The translations under genes were made by a program, and so were the position numbers. From IMG/VR virus record IMGVR_UViG_3300035208_004867: a DNA stretch of 64,000 bases. One strand, 5' to 3'. Source of the DNA: an uncultured virus (IMG/VR IMGVR_UViG_3300035208_004867). Its lineage: Duplodnaviria; Heunggongvirae; Uroviricota; Caudoviricetes. The notes beneath the pieces were generated by a model. That model was not told the origin of the DNA. It did not search any database and saw only the letters and a list, made by a program, of their open reading frames with translations. The first letter of the stretch is position 1. Every line of letters begins with the position of its first letter. Shown here piece by piece: positions 1 to 9,812 of this stretch.

Positions 1-120
1 TCCCTTACGTCCATACCTGACGGGTTCAACCCGACGGTCGGCGGCTCTCTTTACCTGCGTTCCCTTACGTCCATACCTGACGGGTTCAACCCGACGGTCG
101 GCGGCTATCTTGACCTGAGT
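1..120 (+). repeat. Two 60-bp tandem coding repeats (20-aa units)
   Basis: Bases 1-60 and 61-120 differ at only 3 positions. Confidence 0.95.
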
Positions 121-594
121 TCCTATCAAGGAAGGATGCCGAATACAAAAACGCCTGCAGAAGTACTGGTGTGGGAAACAGGATATGCATTGATTGATGG
201 TATTCTGTCGAAGATAATATCAAAGCACGGTATGATTATGAAAACCGTTGTCGTAGGTCAGAAAACGTCTTCTTTTATATTAACAGACAATGAGGGACGG
301 TATTCTCATGGAGATACAATCAAAGAGGCAAAAGAAAGCCTTTTGTATAAAATAAAAGGCCGGGATACAACAAAATATAAAAATTTATCATTGGATACTG
401 TCTTTACATTTACCGAGGCAGTCCAATGTTACCGTGTAATCACAGGCGCATGTGAAGCAGGGACAAGACATTTTGTATTACAGGTAGGTAAAAAACAGTC
501 TTATACAATAAAAGATATGTTGGAAATAACCAAGGGGCAGTACGGTTATGATACTTTTTCTGCCTTTTTTAATATTGACAGAAATAGTAAATAA
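1..594 (+). CDS. LRR-like repeat phage protein, 5'-truncated by the window edge
   Basis: Frame is open from base 1: SLTSIPDGFNPTVGGSLYLR-SLTSIPDGFNPTVGGYLDLS-SYQGR runs in frame into the listed 136..594 ORF. Confidence 0.75.
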   Translation, partial: SLTSIPDGFNPTVGGSLYLRSLTSIPDGFNPTVGGYLDLSSYQGRMPNTKTPAEVLVWETGYALIDGILSKIISKHGMIMKTVVVGQKTSSFILTDNEGRYSHGDTIKEAKESLLYKIKGRDTTKYKNLSLDTVFTFTEAVQCYRVITGACEAGTRHFVLQVGKKQSYTIKDMLEITKGQYGYDTFSAFFNIDRNSK

Positions 595-617
595 CTGTTA
601 GAATAAAGGAGCTTGTT

Positions 618-821
618 ATGGGATACAAAAGACAGATGAAGGGGAGGTCTACATCAATTTATTTGTCAGATAAAAATTATGACCTGACAAATAAGGTTTC
701 CGAAAGCTCAGGTATGAGCAGGTCGGAACTGGTTAATGCTGTCATTGACAGTGTTAACCTTGAAAAACTTTTGAAGCAGAAGGACGGTGAAAAAGATGAA
801 CGAACTGAAGCTGGAAAATGA
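618..821 (+). CDS. Ribbon-helix-helix (CopG-like) DNA-binding protein
   Basis: TSIYLS strand followed by SGMSRSELVNAVI helix; AAGGAG RBS; TTGACA..TAGAAT promoter at ~575-604. Confidence 0.6.
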   Translation: MGYKRQMKGRSTSIYLSDKNYDLTNKVSESSGMSRSELVNAVIDSVNLEKLLKQKDGEKDERTEAGK

Positions 822-1791
822 TTCCTGCATTGTTGGGAAGTATCTGAAAGACGTCCCTGAAGAATATTTCAGGGAAGCCCGTTTAACCGGATTTGGCGGC
901 TCTGATGCCGGTGCTATAATGGGATTAAACCAGTATAGTTCAGCATTTACGGTAGTGAATGATAAACTTAACCCTGAAAAAGAGGGTATATCAAATAAAT
1001 CTACCAAACGCGGTAAGCGAATGGAACCCGTTATCCGGGAGTCACTTGCAACGTGGATAAAAGAAGAACAGGGGATTGATATTCAGGTGTTTGAATCTCC
1101 GTGGCAGTATCGGTCTGTCGTGAATGAATTCATGATCGCCGATATCGACGGACTCGTGATTCATCCGAAATCTGGTCTTAGTCTTCTTGAAATAAAAACG
1201 GCAACGGAAATGGTCGGAGATAAATGGGAAGATGGTTCTATCCCTGATTCATATTATGCACAGGTACAGCATTATATGTTTGTAACCGGACTGCGCATGT
1301 GCCTTGTTGCCGTAATGATCGGACTGGACTTTGAGTATCGGTACATCCCGTATAATGAGTCCTTTGTAAAAGAAATGATTGCAAAGGAAGAAAACCTGTG
1401 GAACAATTTTGTCATGAAAAAGTTACTTCCAATACCATCCGGCATTGACGCAGAAAATGAAATACTTAATAATAAGTACGGTAATCCTGTGCAGGAAACC
1501 ATTGATATCCCTGAATTATCAGATGACGCGGCAGAGTATCTGTATTTAAACGAACAGAAAAAAGAAATCGAAACACAAAAGGATGCAATCGCAGGAAAGT
1601 TTAAAGATGCCCTGAAAGATGCAAAGCGCGGAGATATGAAAGGTTATTACGCATTATGGAGCAGGTTTGATACAACAGGATTTGATAAAGAAAAATTCCA
1701 GTCTGAAAATCCTGAATTGTATCAGAAATATGTAACAAAAAGCCGTGGCAGTCGGCTTATGATAAAAGCTGCCAAGGACGGTAAAAAATGA
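796..1791 (+). CDS. YqaJ-like viral exonuclease/recombinase
   Basis: R.TGFGGSDAGAIMGLNQY, ADIDG, LEIKT and YYAQVQHYM motifs. Confidence 0.92.
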   Translation: MNELKLENDSCIVGKYLKDVPEEYFREARLTGFGGSDAGAIMGLNQYSSAFTVVNDKLNPEKEGISNKSTKRGKRMEPVIRESLATWIKEEQGIDIQVFESPWQYRSVVNEFMIADIDGLVIHPKSGLSLLEIKTATEMVGDKWEDGSIPDSYYAQVQHYMFVTGLRMCLVAVMIGLDFEYRYIPYNESFVKEMIAKEENLWNNFVMKKLLPIPSGIDAENEILNNKYGNPVQETIDIPELSDDAAEYLYLNEQKKEIETQKDAIAGKFKDALKDAKRGDMKGYYALWSRFDTTGFDKEKFQSENPELYQKYVTKSRGSRLMIKAAKDGKK

Positions 1792-3029
1792 AATTGATTG
1801 GTTTGAAAGTTGAAGGCGTTCGTAAAATCAGATGTGCGGAACTTGATTTTGATGGAAGTAATCTGATTGAAGTCCGCGGTAAGAACGGTGCCGGTAAATC
1901 ATCAGTCATTGATTCTATTCTCATGATGTTTAACGGTGCGTCTTCTATTCCGAAAGATGTTGTAACGCACGGCATGGAAAAAGCGACAATTATAGGAAGG
2001 GTCGGAGACTACGAAATAAAGCGGACAATCAAACCGGACGGAAGTTCTACCGTGACGGTATCATCGCCGGACGGTAAAGTCGCGCAGCCGCAGAAGTTTC
2101 TTGACGAACTTGCCGGGCAGTTTATTGACCCGAAATGGTTTTCCGATTTAGCTTCTATGGATAAAAGAAAGACCGTTATGCAGAAATCGGGACTTGACTT
2201 TACGGAAATTGACCGGAAAATTACTGATGCTGAACAGGAACGGTTGATTATCGGACGTGAACAACGGAATCTCGGCGGTGTACCTGCAAAGCCTGAAAAG
2301 GTTGATCCGGTATCGGTATCTGAACTCCTTTCTGAACTGGATAAAATAAACAAATTTAATACAGAGCAGGATTCTATTGCATATTCTAATCAGAAAGCAG
2401 TTGACGATATGAAAAGGCTTATTGTTGAATCGTTTACCAATGCAAGGACTGTATCAGAAATTCAGGATGCAGTTTTAACAGCAGGAAACGCAGTAAAAAC
2501 TTTTGAATCGTCTTCTATCCTGCAAAAAATCCTTACAAAGAAAGATACTGCCGATATCCAGAAAAAAATCAGTAATGCCGAAGAAATCAACCGGAAAGCC
2601 TCTTTGTATACAAGCTATCTTACTAAGAAAAAGCAGGTTGAAGACAAACAGAAAGAATATGATGATGCAGATGAAAAACTGAAATCACTGCGGAAAGAAA
2701 AAGACGATATGGTATTGAACGCAAAGTTGCCGCTTAAAGGGCTTGCAATTACGGATACCGGATTGTCTTTCAATGGTGTAACAGACAATAACTGGTCTGA
2801 CAGTGAACAACTGAAAATATCAATATGCCTTGCGGCTGCGTGGTGCGGTGAAGTAAAAGCCGTGTACATTAAGGGCGGCGAAGCGTTTGATTCCGCGTCA
2901 TTGCAGAAAATAAAGAAAATGGCAGATGAACAGAATTTACAGATCATCATGGAAATCGTTGACGATTCATATTCAAAGAACGGCGACGGTGTAATTCAGA
3001 TTGAAGAAGGGGAAGTGATAAACAAATGA
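1788..3029 (+). CDS. SMC/Rad50-like AAA ATPase
   Basis: Walker A GKNGAGKSS, long coiled coil, degenerate C-terminal ABC signature region. Confidence 0.85.
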   Translation: MKLIGLKVEGVRKIRCAELDFDGSNLIEVRGKNGAGKSSVIDSILMMFNGASSIPKDVVTHGMEKATIIGRVGDYEIKRTIKPDGSSTVTVSSPDGKVAQPQKFLDELAGQFIDPKWFSDLASMDKRKTVMQKSGLDFTEIDRKITDAEQERLIIGREQRNLGGVPAKPEKVDPVSVSELLSELDKINKFNTEQDSIAYSNQKAVDDMKRLIVESFTNARTVSEIQDAVLTAGNAVKTFESSSILQKILTKKDTADIQKKISNAEEINRKASLYTSYLTKKKQVEDKQKEYDDADEKLKSLRKEKDDMVLNAKLPLKGLAITDTGLSFNGVTDNNWSDSEQLKISICLAAAWCGEVKAVYIKGGEAFDSASLQKIKKMADEQNLQIIMEIVDDSYSKNGDGVIQIEEGEVINK

Positions 3030-4072
3030 AAGCAAACGGTGAAGATTACAATAATAAAAGCAGCAATCAGCAGACCATAAATGCCGTTGCTCCTATACAG
3101 GAGCTGCTGAGCACCGACTATGTTAAGTCACGTTTTAACGACGTTATGGGTGTAAAAGCTCCTGCGTTTCTTGCATCTCTTGCAAACATCGTAAACACGA
3201 ACAAGGACCTTAAACAGTGCTCACAGTCGAGTGTTGTTTCGGCGGCACTTGTAGCAGCGGTGCTTGACCTGCCGATTGAGCCGAATTTAGGGTTTGCCGC
3301 AATTATTCCGTATTACGGAAAAACTGGACAGGTTGCTCAGTTTCAGATTATGTACAAGGGCTTCATACAGCTTGCAATGCGTACAGGGCAGTACCGGACA
3401 ATGAATGTAACTGAAGTGTATACCGACGAACTAAAAGGATATAATCTTATTACAGGAGAAGTCGACATAAAATCCGAGGAAAATGGATTCCGTGAACAAG
3501 GGAAAGAGAATAAAATTGTCGGATATGCCGCATATTTCCGGCTTGTAAATGGATTTGAAAAAACTGTTTACTGGACAATCAAAAAACTGGAGGAACACGG
3601 TAAAAAATATTCAAAAAGCTATTCCGGTAATTATCCCGAAAAATCTCTCTGGTCTACCAACAAACCTGCAATGTATTCAAAAACGGTTATCAAAGACCTT
3701 ATTTCAAAATGGGGAATTATGAGTACAACCATGCAGACCGCCGTTATTGCAGATCAGGGAGTAATGAAAAATCTCACGAAGGAAATTACCGCTGAAAATA
3801 TTGAATATGTAGACAACGACGGAGAAGTGCCTGAAAAATCTGCAAATGCTTCAGATGAAAGTAAATATCAGACAAAAACAGAACCAGTAAAAGAAGAACC
3901 GGAAAAAGAAACAAAGGTTGAAGAACAAAAGCCCGTTGTTGTTGAAGCAAAACAGGAAGTAAAAAAAGAAACGGTAAAACCTGTCGAAAGTACAGAACTT
4001 CCCGGATTCTCCAAAGATGGTGCAAGTAAAGCGTTTGACAGCGGAAGCAACGGACAGTTTGATATTTTTTAA
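3026..4072 (+). CDS. recT: RecT-family ssDNA annealing protein
   Basis: LDLPIEPNLGFAAIIPY, AQFQIMYKGFIQLAMRTGQY, M..KTVIK; acidic tail; next to YqaJ. Confidence 0.92.
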   Translation: MKANGEDYNNKSSNQQTINAVAPIQELLSTDYVKSRFNDVMGVKAPAFLASLANIVNTNKDLKQCSQSSVVSAALVAAVLDLPIEPNLGFAAIIPYYGKTGQVAQFQIMYKGFIQLAMRTGQYRTMNVTEVYTDELKGYNLITGEVDIKSEENGFREQGKENKIVGYAAYFRLVNGFEKTVYWTIKKLEEHGKKYSKSYSGNYPEKSLWSTNKPAMYSKTVIKDLISKWGIMSTTMQTAVIADQGVMKNLTKEITAENIEYVDNDGEVPEKSANASDESKYQTKTEPVKEEPEKETKVEEQKPVVVEAKQEVKKETVKPVESTELPGFSKDGASKAFDSGSNGQFDIF

Positions 4073-4084
4073 GGCGGTGTAAAA

Positions 4085-4909
4085 ATGAAAATCACGGGTA
4101 TAAGCAATGTAAAATGGGATAAAGTGAACGGAATAATTTATGTCCAGCCTTCAAAGTCGGATATTCAGCTTATCGAAAAGTTTTTCGTTAAGAAAGGAAT
4201 TCAGGAAGAGAAGACAGGTGAAAAATGCTATCCATTTTATACATTTGAAATTGCCGCTCGTGATAAAACCTTCAATCAGGTAAAAGCGATATGGGCGCTT
4301 GTCACCGTTATTTTTCGTTCTATGCATGGAAGAAAACCGGATGAAGAGGAAAAGTATGATTTGTATTCCGATATTCTTGACATGTATGCCGATAAGGTTC
4401 CGAACAGGTTTACAGGTGCATTACGTCCTGTACATTTGTCGGAATCAGACGTTTATCAGGCAGGAAGAATGTTAACTGCCTGTATAGACGTATTGACAGA
4501 ATATTGCGATTTGAATAATGTAAGAGACGAGAACGGGAAAGAAATCGGCGGTGAGCTGCAGAATGAAGTACGTACGATATTCTTAAAATGGACTAACTGG
4601 CGCGGAGGTATTGCAAAAGACCCGCTGGATTACGACGACAGTGGTAATGAACTGACACTTTATAAATGGCTTGAGAAACATAAAGTGTCTGATATAACGG
4701 GAATAAATGACGGTACTCTTGAAGTAGTTCATATTGTTTCTCGTGGTTCTGATGCGAAAGATATTGAAAGTCCATGGAACTGGATTCTCATGGAACATAA
4801 ATACTATATAGGAATACAGCATGAAAAAGGATGGGAAGCATTGGTTAATGAATTTCCATTTATAAAACCGCGCGTGTTACGTGCGAGAAGTCTGGCTGGG
4901 AAATTATAA
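4085..4909 (+). CDS. Recombination-associated protein with a degenerate C-terminal HNH-like domain
   Basis: LEVVHIVSRG...NWILMEHKYYIGIQHEKGW resembles phage HNH/DUF968-like domains lacking the Zn cysteines. Confidence 0.5.
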   Translation: MKITGISNVKWDKVNGIIYVQPSKSDIQLIEKFFVKKGIQEEKTGEKCYPFYTFEIAARDKTFNQVKAIWALVTVIFRSMHGRKPDEEEKYDLYSDILDMYADKVPNRFTGALRPVHLSESDVYQAGRMLTACIDVLTEYCDLNNVRDENGKEIGGELQNEVRTIFLKWTNWRGGIAKDPLDYDDSGNELTLYKWLEKHKVSDITGINDGTLEVVHIVSRGSDAKDIESPWNWILMEHKYYIGIQHEKGWEALVNEFPFIKPRVLRARSLAGKL

Positions 4910-5447
4910 GAGATATAGAAAATGAAAACGTTTAGACAAATTGAAAAAAGAAAGAGAATAAAAGTACCTTTTTGCTTTCTTCATTTAAATTTTGAAAACA
5001 AAGATCATACTTTCGTTGCATCTTTTGTTTTGCTTAGACATTTTTATTCTCCGAGAACAATCTTTCATTTTAAGCTGGGAAAATTGGTAGAACAATCTTT
5101 CATAATCGAATTGACTTTGTTCAATTTTAACATATTCTCAATTCTGTTTTTGTGGGGGAAAGAATGAAAATTGGATATTATAAGATAATGGACGGTATAG
5201 GTTATCTGACAATAAACAATCAGGGTACATTGAAAAAGATGGGTCGCGTAAAATGGTATTACGCGCTGGTATTGGAATTGAAACAATGTATTCACGGAAA
5301 AGTTGAATATTCTCTGGTGGAAAGTTTTGTGGAAAAAACGACAGAAAAAGAAGAAATGAAACGTAAAAAGAATGTCTTGGAATTTAAAGTAACAAAAGGA
5401 AAAATATGTGTCCCAAGTACTAAACATTGCACAATAAAGGGTAAAAA

Positions 5448-5861
5448 ATGATTAACGTAAAACTTGAAAATGCAAAATATATGCCGGAAAGAAAAAGCGA
5501 AGGTGCCATTGGATCAGATTTAATGGCATGTGGGGATTATTGTGTTCTTGCTAACTCTGTAATAAAAGTAAAAACAGGTGTAAGTATTGAACTTCCTAAA
5601 GGTTTTGAAGCACAAATAAGACCTCGTTCAGGGCTTTCATTAAAAGGAATAGAGATTATCTTAGGAACAATAGACAGTGATTATCGTGGTGAAATATCTG
5701 CTATTGTCCATAATACAACAAATATTCCGTTTCATATAAAAGACGGAGAAAGAATAGCACAAATGGTAATCAATAAAGTTGAATTACCGACTTTTAATGT
5801 TGTTTCTGAGTTATCTAAAACAGAACGGGGAAAATCAGGTTTTGGGAGCACTGGTAAATGA
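5448..5861 (+). CDS. dut: Trimeric dUTPase
   Basis: GSDL, RPRSG, GTIDSDYRGEI, RIAQMV and RGKSGFGSTG motifs. Confidence 0.96.
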   Translation: MINVKLENAKYMPERKSEGAIGSDLMACGDYCVLANSVIKVKTGVSIELPKGFEAQIRPRSGLSLKGIEIILGTIDSDYRGEISAIVHNTTNIPFHIKDGERIAQMVINKVELPTFNVVSELSKTERGKSGFGSTGK

Positions 5862-6039
5862 GACACAATTCTTTGAACATAAAATCAGGTCTTGAAGCGA
5901 ACGTCGTGTATGCCCGGCATGATTACAAAAATCTAAAAAATGTTCCTTCGCTTGTGAAATTTGCAAAACGGCAGATGAACAAACGTGAAAGAAAAACACA
6001 TAAAGAAGAAACAAAATCGATAATATCAGAGGACGGAAA

Positions 6040-6273
6040 ATGAGTATTAATCCAATTGTAAAGAAATTAATAGACAATAACTGTGATTATGAATATTATC
6101 CCACAACACAGAAAATAGTTGATGTAATCGTGGATAAAATAATCGGCAGTTATTCCGGCATACGGGATGAATGTAACCGTATCCTTGATATAGGGTGCGG
6201 TAAAGGTGATTTTTTCCAGAAACTTGAAATATCAATTAAACGGTACAACCGCGGCAAGGGCATGGAACTGTAA
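6040..6273 (+). pseudogene. Truncated DNA methyltransferase (N-terminal part only)
   Basis: EYYPT and ILDIGCGKGDF SAM-binding motif, then stop; no catalytic NPPY motif. Confidence 0.65.
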
Positions 6274-6334
6274 TGCAAAAATTCTGCCTTCAAGCTCTGC
6301 AAATTTAATTGAGTGGAAGAAATAGGAGGTTTAT

Positions 6335-6526
6335 ATGCACACACAAACGTGTCCAAAATGCAACGGCCAAGGACATACCTGTATGTTGTCATGGGTAGAC
6401 GGATCGGTGAAGACGTTCAATGCAGACGGAACAGTTTATCCGTGTCCTGTATGTCATGGGACCGGAATAATTTATATTCCTGATTCAGAACCGGAGCCAC
6501 CTGTGAAAACTGTAAAAATTTCATAA
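6335..6526 (+). CDS. Small DnaJ-type zinc-finger protein
   Basis: CPKCNGQG and CPVCHGTG; AGGAGG RBS. Confidence 0.7.
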   Translation: MHTQTCPKCNGQGHTCMLSWVDGSVKTFNADGTVYPCPVCHGTGIIYIPDSEPEPPVKTVKIS

Positions 6527-6618
6527 GTCCAGATATTAATACATGTAAAAAAGGTGGAAAAGATGAACCGGAACTTATGTGTGATGATTATGAATACACG
6601 TCTTAAGCATCTAATGTT

Positions 6619-6638
6619 TAACTGTTATATAACAGTTA
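6619..6638. promoter_or_regulatory. Perfect 20-bp palindrome, putative operator
   Basis: TAACTGTTATATAACAGTTA; core repeated at 37269-37283. Confidence 0.5.
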
Positions 6639-6660
6639 TATAATATATAAAGGAGATATA

Positions 6661-6978
6661 ATGTATAAATCACCGATAATTGAGCGATTGGTAAATGTAA
6701 CAGGAAGTGAAAAAGCTTCAAAAACTGTATTACGAAGTATTGGTTTTTCAAAAAGATATATAGAGCCTATAGAAGAATTTATTCCTAACTGCATTCAAGA
6801 ACGCTCCATTACTCTTTATCTTCATAACCGGAAATTACAAGCAAAGAATTTCTTTTTTTCTCAGCAGCTTATTAAATATGACAAACTTTGTCTTAGTCTC
6901 GGAATTGACGCAGAATTTAGAAATCAGAAATTTGAATATGACGAAAAAACAGGAGAAGAAATAACGGAAGAAAAATGA
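6661..6978 (+). CDS. Hypothetical protein
   Basis: 105-aa ORF with AAGGAG RBS. Confidence 0.6.
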   Translation: MYKSPIIERLVNVTGSEKASKTVLRSIGFSKRYIEPIEEFIPNCIQERSITLYLHNRKLQAKNFFFSQQLIKYDKLCLSLGIDAEFRNQKFEYDEKTGEEITEEK

Positions 6979-7190
6979 GATAATAATAACTGAAAAAGCG
7001 TACATTTCCGGTCCGATAACCGGTATGTCAAATTCTAATTATGAGAATATTTTGGCAACAGAGATCCGGGATTTTTATAATTATTTAAAAAGTATATTGT
7101 AATCTTTTTTGAAAAGATATAATATAATAAAAGCTGAACATTCTGGCAGATGTATTAGCAATGTCTTGCAAGAGACTAAAATTAAGATAT

Positions 7191-7257
7191 CATTGTTCGA
7201 GCAGGGATTAAACGCTTGCACGTTTTCCCGAAAGGCCTGCCAGCCGCTCGAACAATG
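7191..7257 (+). ncRNA. C4/CI-like antisense RNA 1
   Basis: 12-bp closing stem CATTGTTCGAGC/GCTCGAACAATG plus two inner hairpins; loops CTTGCA and CTGCCA are complementary to upstream TGCAAG (7167) and TGGCAG (7144). Confidence 0.65.
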
Positions 7258-7285
7258 GTATTTTTTTTGCATTAAAGAGGTAGAT

Positions 7286-7381
7286 ATGGAAAATGAATTA
7301 GGTACTGGAAAAACAATGACAGTGAAAGAACTTGCAGATAATCTGCATGTATCTATTATTGCTGTTCTGAACCTGAAATGA
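7286..7381 (+). pseudogene. Antirepressor-like N-terminal fragment
   Basis: MENELGTGKTMTVKELADNLHVS followed by early stop; GAGGT RBS. Confidence 0.4.
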
Positions 7382-7393
7382 TAAAACTACCAG

Positions 7394-7933
7394 ATGGCAG
7401 AGGCGAAAAACCAATGTGCTCACATGGACAAGAAAAAGGACAAAATGAGAAAAATGAAAAGAACTGATTATATTTCATGGGATGAATATTTCATGGGGAT
7501 TGCTTTATTGTCTGCCGGAAGGTCAAAAGATCCTAATACACAGGTAGGAGCATGTATTGTGAATGAATCAAACAGAATTGTATCAACCGGATATAATGGA
7601 TTTCCAGTGAACTGTTCTGATGATGAATATCCATGGGAAAGAGAAGGTAAAAATCTTGAAACAAAATATCCGTATGTTGTTCATGCAGAAATGAACGCTA
7701 TACTGAATACAAGAAACGAAAATCTTGACAATACCCGTATATATGTCACATTGTTCCCATGCAATGAATGCGCAAAAGCAATTATTCAGTCGGGAATAAA
7801 AGAGGTGATTTATTATCAAAACAAATATGACGGATCAGATTCTGTCGAAGCAGCAAAAAAAATGTTCACTTCGGCAGGAGTAAAATATAAAAAATATATT
7901 GAAACAGGAAGAATATATCAAATTAATATTTAA
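7394..7933 (+). CDS. dCMP deaminase (true start probably 7445 or 7454)
   Basis: WDEYFM, RSKDPNTQVGA, HAEMNA, FPCNECAK. Confidence 0.95.
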   Translation: MAEAKNQCAHMDKKKDKMRKMKRTDYISWDEYFMGIALLSAGRSKDPNTQVGACIVNESNRIVSTGYNGFPVNCSDDEYPWEREGKNLETKYPYVVHAEMNAILNTRNENLDNTRIYVTLFPCNECAKAIIQSGIKEVIYYQNKYDGSDSVEAAKKMFTSAGVKYKKYIETGRIYQINI

Positions 7934-7945
7934 AAGGAGCAAAAA

Positions 7946-8881
7946 ATGGCAGAAAGAAGGATGTTTGCATTGAAAATTATTGATAGTGATGCATTTCTAG
8001 ATATGCCTCAATCAACACAAAATCTTTATTTTCATCTCTCTATGAGAGCTGATGATGACGGCTTTATAAGCAATCCAAAAAAAATAATGCGAATGATCGT
8101 TGCATCCGATGATGATTTGCGCATACTTGCAGCAAAGCGGTTTATTCTTACTTTTGACACCGGGATAGTCGTCATAAAGCACTGGCGTATCCATAATTAC
8201 ATTGCTAAAGACCGATATACTCCGACTATATACAAAGAGGAAAAAGAGAAATTGTTTCTTAAATCCAACGGGTCTTATACTGATCATCCAGAAGGTGATA
8301 ACGAACTGTATACAAAGTGTATACAGAATGATGACACAGGTAAGGTAAGGTTAGGTAAGGTAAGGTTAGGTAAGGTAAGGTTAGGTAAGGTAAGGTTAGG
8401 TAAGGTAAGTAAAGATAGCGCATCACCAGATGGTGATGATGAATCTTTCACCGAGGATTCAGTTCCTGAAAAACCAAAAGAAGAAATTTCTGCAGCTGCA
8501 TTGTCAAATGCTCAGCTCTTAGCTGACCTTCATAAACAGAACGTGGACCAAGGATATAAAATCAATTCTGCGTATGTAAAAAAATGGGCTGAAGATATAG
8601 ACAAAATAAATCGTATTGACGGACGATCATGGGATGACATAGAAAAGGTGATGCGTTGGTGTAAATCTGACCCTTTCTGGCGCTCTAATATAATAAGCGG
8701 TAAAAAATTCAGGGAAAAATTTACACAACTTATCGGGAAAATGAATGATAATCATTCTTCACAGTCTTATTATAAACCGAAATATCGTGAAGAGCACGGC
8801 GTCCTCCGTAAGATTATACCTGAGAAAAAAAAAGGTGATGCATCTGAAAATAGTGAATTGCCTGATGGTGTTTTATTTTAG
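7946..8881 (+). CDS. Phage replication initiator (replisome organiser type)
   Basis: MAERRMF...IDSDAFLDMP.STQ.LYFHL.MRADDDGF N-terminus; C-terminal DPFWRSNIISGKKFREKF. Confidence 0.9.
   Translation: MAERRMFALKIIDSDAFLDMPQSTQNLYFHLSMRADDDGFISNPKKIMRMIVASDDDLRILAAKRFILTFDTGIVVIKHWRIHNYIAKDRYTPTIYKEEKEKLFLKSNGSYTDHPEGDNELYTKCIQNDDTGKVRLGKVRLGKVRLGKVRLGKVSKDSASPDGDDESFTEDSVPEKPKEEISAAALSNAQLLADLHKQNVDQGYKINSAYVKKWAEDIDKINRIDGRSWDDIEKVMRWCKSDPFWRSNIISGKKFREKFTQLIGKMNDNHSSQSYYKPKYREEHGVLRKIIPEKKKGDASENSELPDGVLF
8338..8408 (+). repeat. 15-bp tandem repeat (AGGTAAGGTAAGGTT x ~4.7), candidate origin iterons
   Basis: Directly visible; encodes GKVRL repeats inside the initiator gene. Confidence 0.9.
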
Positions 8882-8892
8882 GAGAGATAATT

Positions 8893-9759
8893 ATGAATGA
8901 ACCAAAAATATTAAATTTAGGGAATTTCTGCGATCTTCCTGCCGATTACTATGACGGAATTAAAAAAATGTCTGTTGAAATGGGACTCGAATTAACTGAT
9001 GATGAAATAAAAACAAAAAGTATCGGAATTCAGAACATGTATGAGAGTTTTGAAAATTGCCGTATTTGTACAGGACTTGAAACGTGTAAGAACGAGTTTC
9101 CGGGATTTGTTTATAATTATGACAAAGAAAATTCTGTTTTTTGCATTGGAAAGTGTGGAAGAAAAATTACGTATGACACAATGATGAAAAATGAGCAGTT
9201 GCTTGAATCATGCCATATTCCTTCAGTGTTACGACAGAAAAGTATTAAATCATTTACAGTAAATGAAAATAATACGGCTGCTTTTAATGCCGCATGTATG
9301 CAGATACGGTCTGAATGTCAGAAAGGATTAATACTCTATGGACCGACCGGTACAGGGAAAACCCATTTGGTGTCCGCTGTAATGAATAACAATATAATCA
9401 AGGGAAAAGTAGGCATATACGCGACGGTCCCGGAACTCATGGATAATTTAAGAAAAAGCGTAAAAGAAGGAAGGCTTGATGAAATTCAGGATGCCGTTGA
9501 AAAATGTGAAATATTATTTCTTGACGACATAGGAACTGAAACACCGTCTGATTTTGTCATAGAGGAACTTTTTAAAATAATCAATACACGGTATCTGAAT
9601 GACAAAAAAATAATAGGAACGACAAACCTTGATAAAAATGGATTGATAGAGCATTATCACGGAATAACCGGAGACCGGATAGTTTCACGGCTTTCAGAAA
9701 TGTGTGACTTTGTCGAGATTAACGGAAAAGATTTCAGATCAGAATATGTTGACAAATAA
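8893..9759 (+). CDS. DnaC/IstB-like helicase loader
   Basis: GPTGTGKTHL, LFLDDIG, R..SRL.EM; follows the initiator. Confidence 0.92.
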   Translation: MNEPKILNLGNFCDLPADYYDGIKKMSVEMGLELTDDEIKTKSIGIQNMYESFENCRICTGLETCKNEFPGFVYNYDKENSVFCIGKCGRKITYDTMMKNEQLLESCHIPSVLRQKSIKSFTVNENNTAAFNAACMQIRSECQKGLILYGPTGTGKTHLVSAVMNNNIIKGKVGIYATVPELMDNLRKSVKEGRLDEIQDAVEKCEILFLDDIGTETPSDFVIEELFKIINTRYLNDKKIIGTTNLDKNGLIEHYHGITGDRIVSRLSEMCDFVEINGKDFRSEYVDK

Positions 9760-9812
9760 AATAATAATGATAGAATTGTTGTGCATGTATGTGAAAACAA
9801 AGGAAAATGTAA

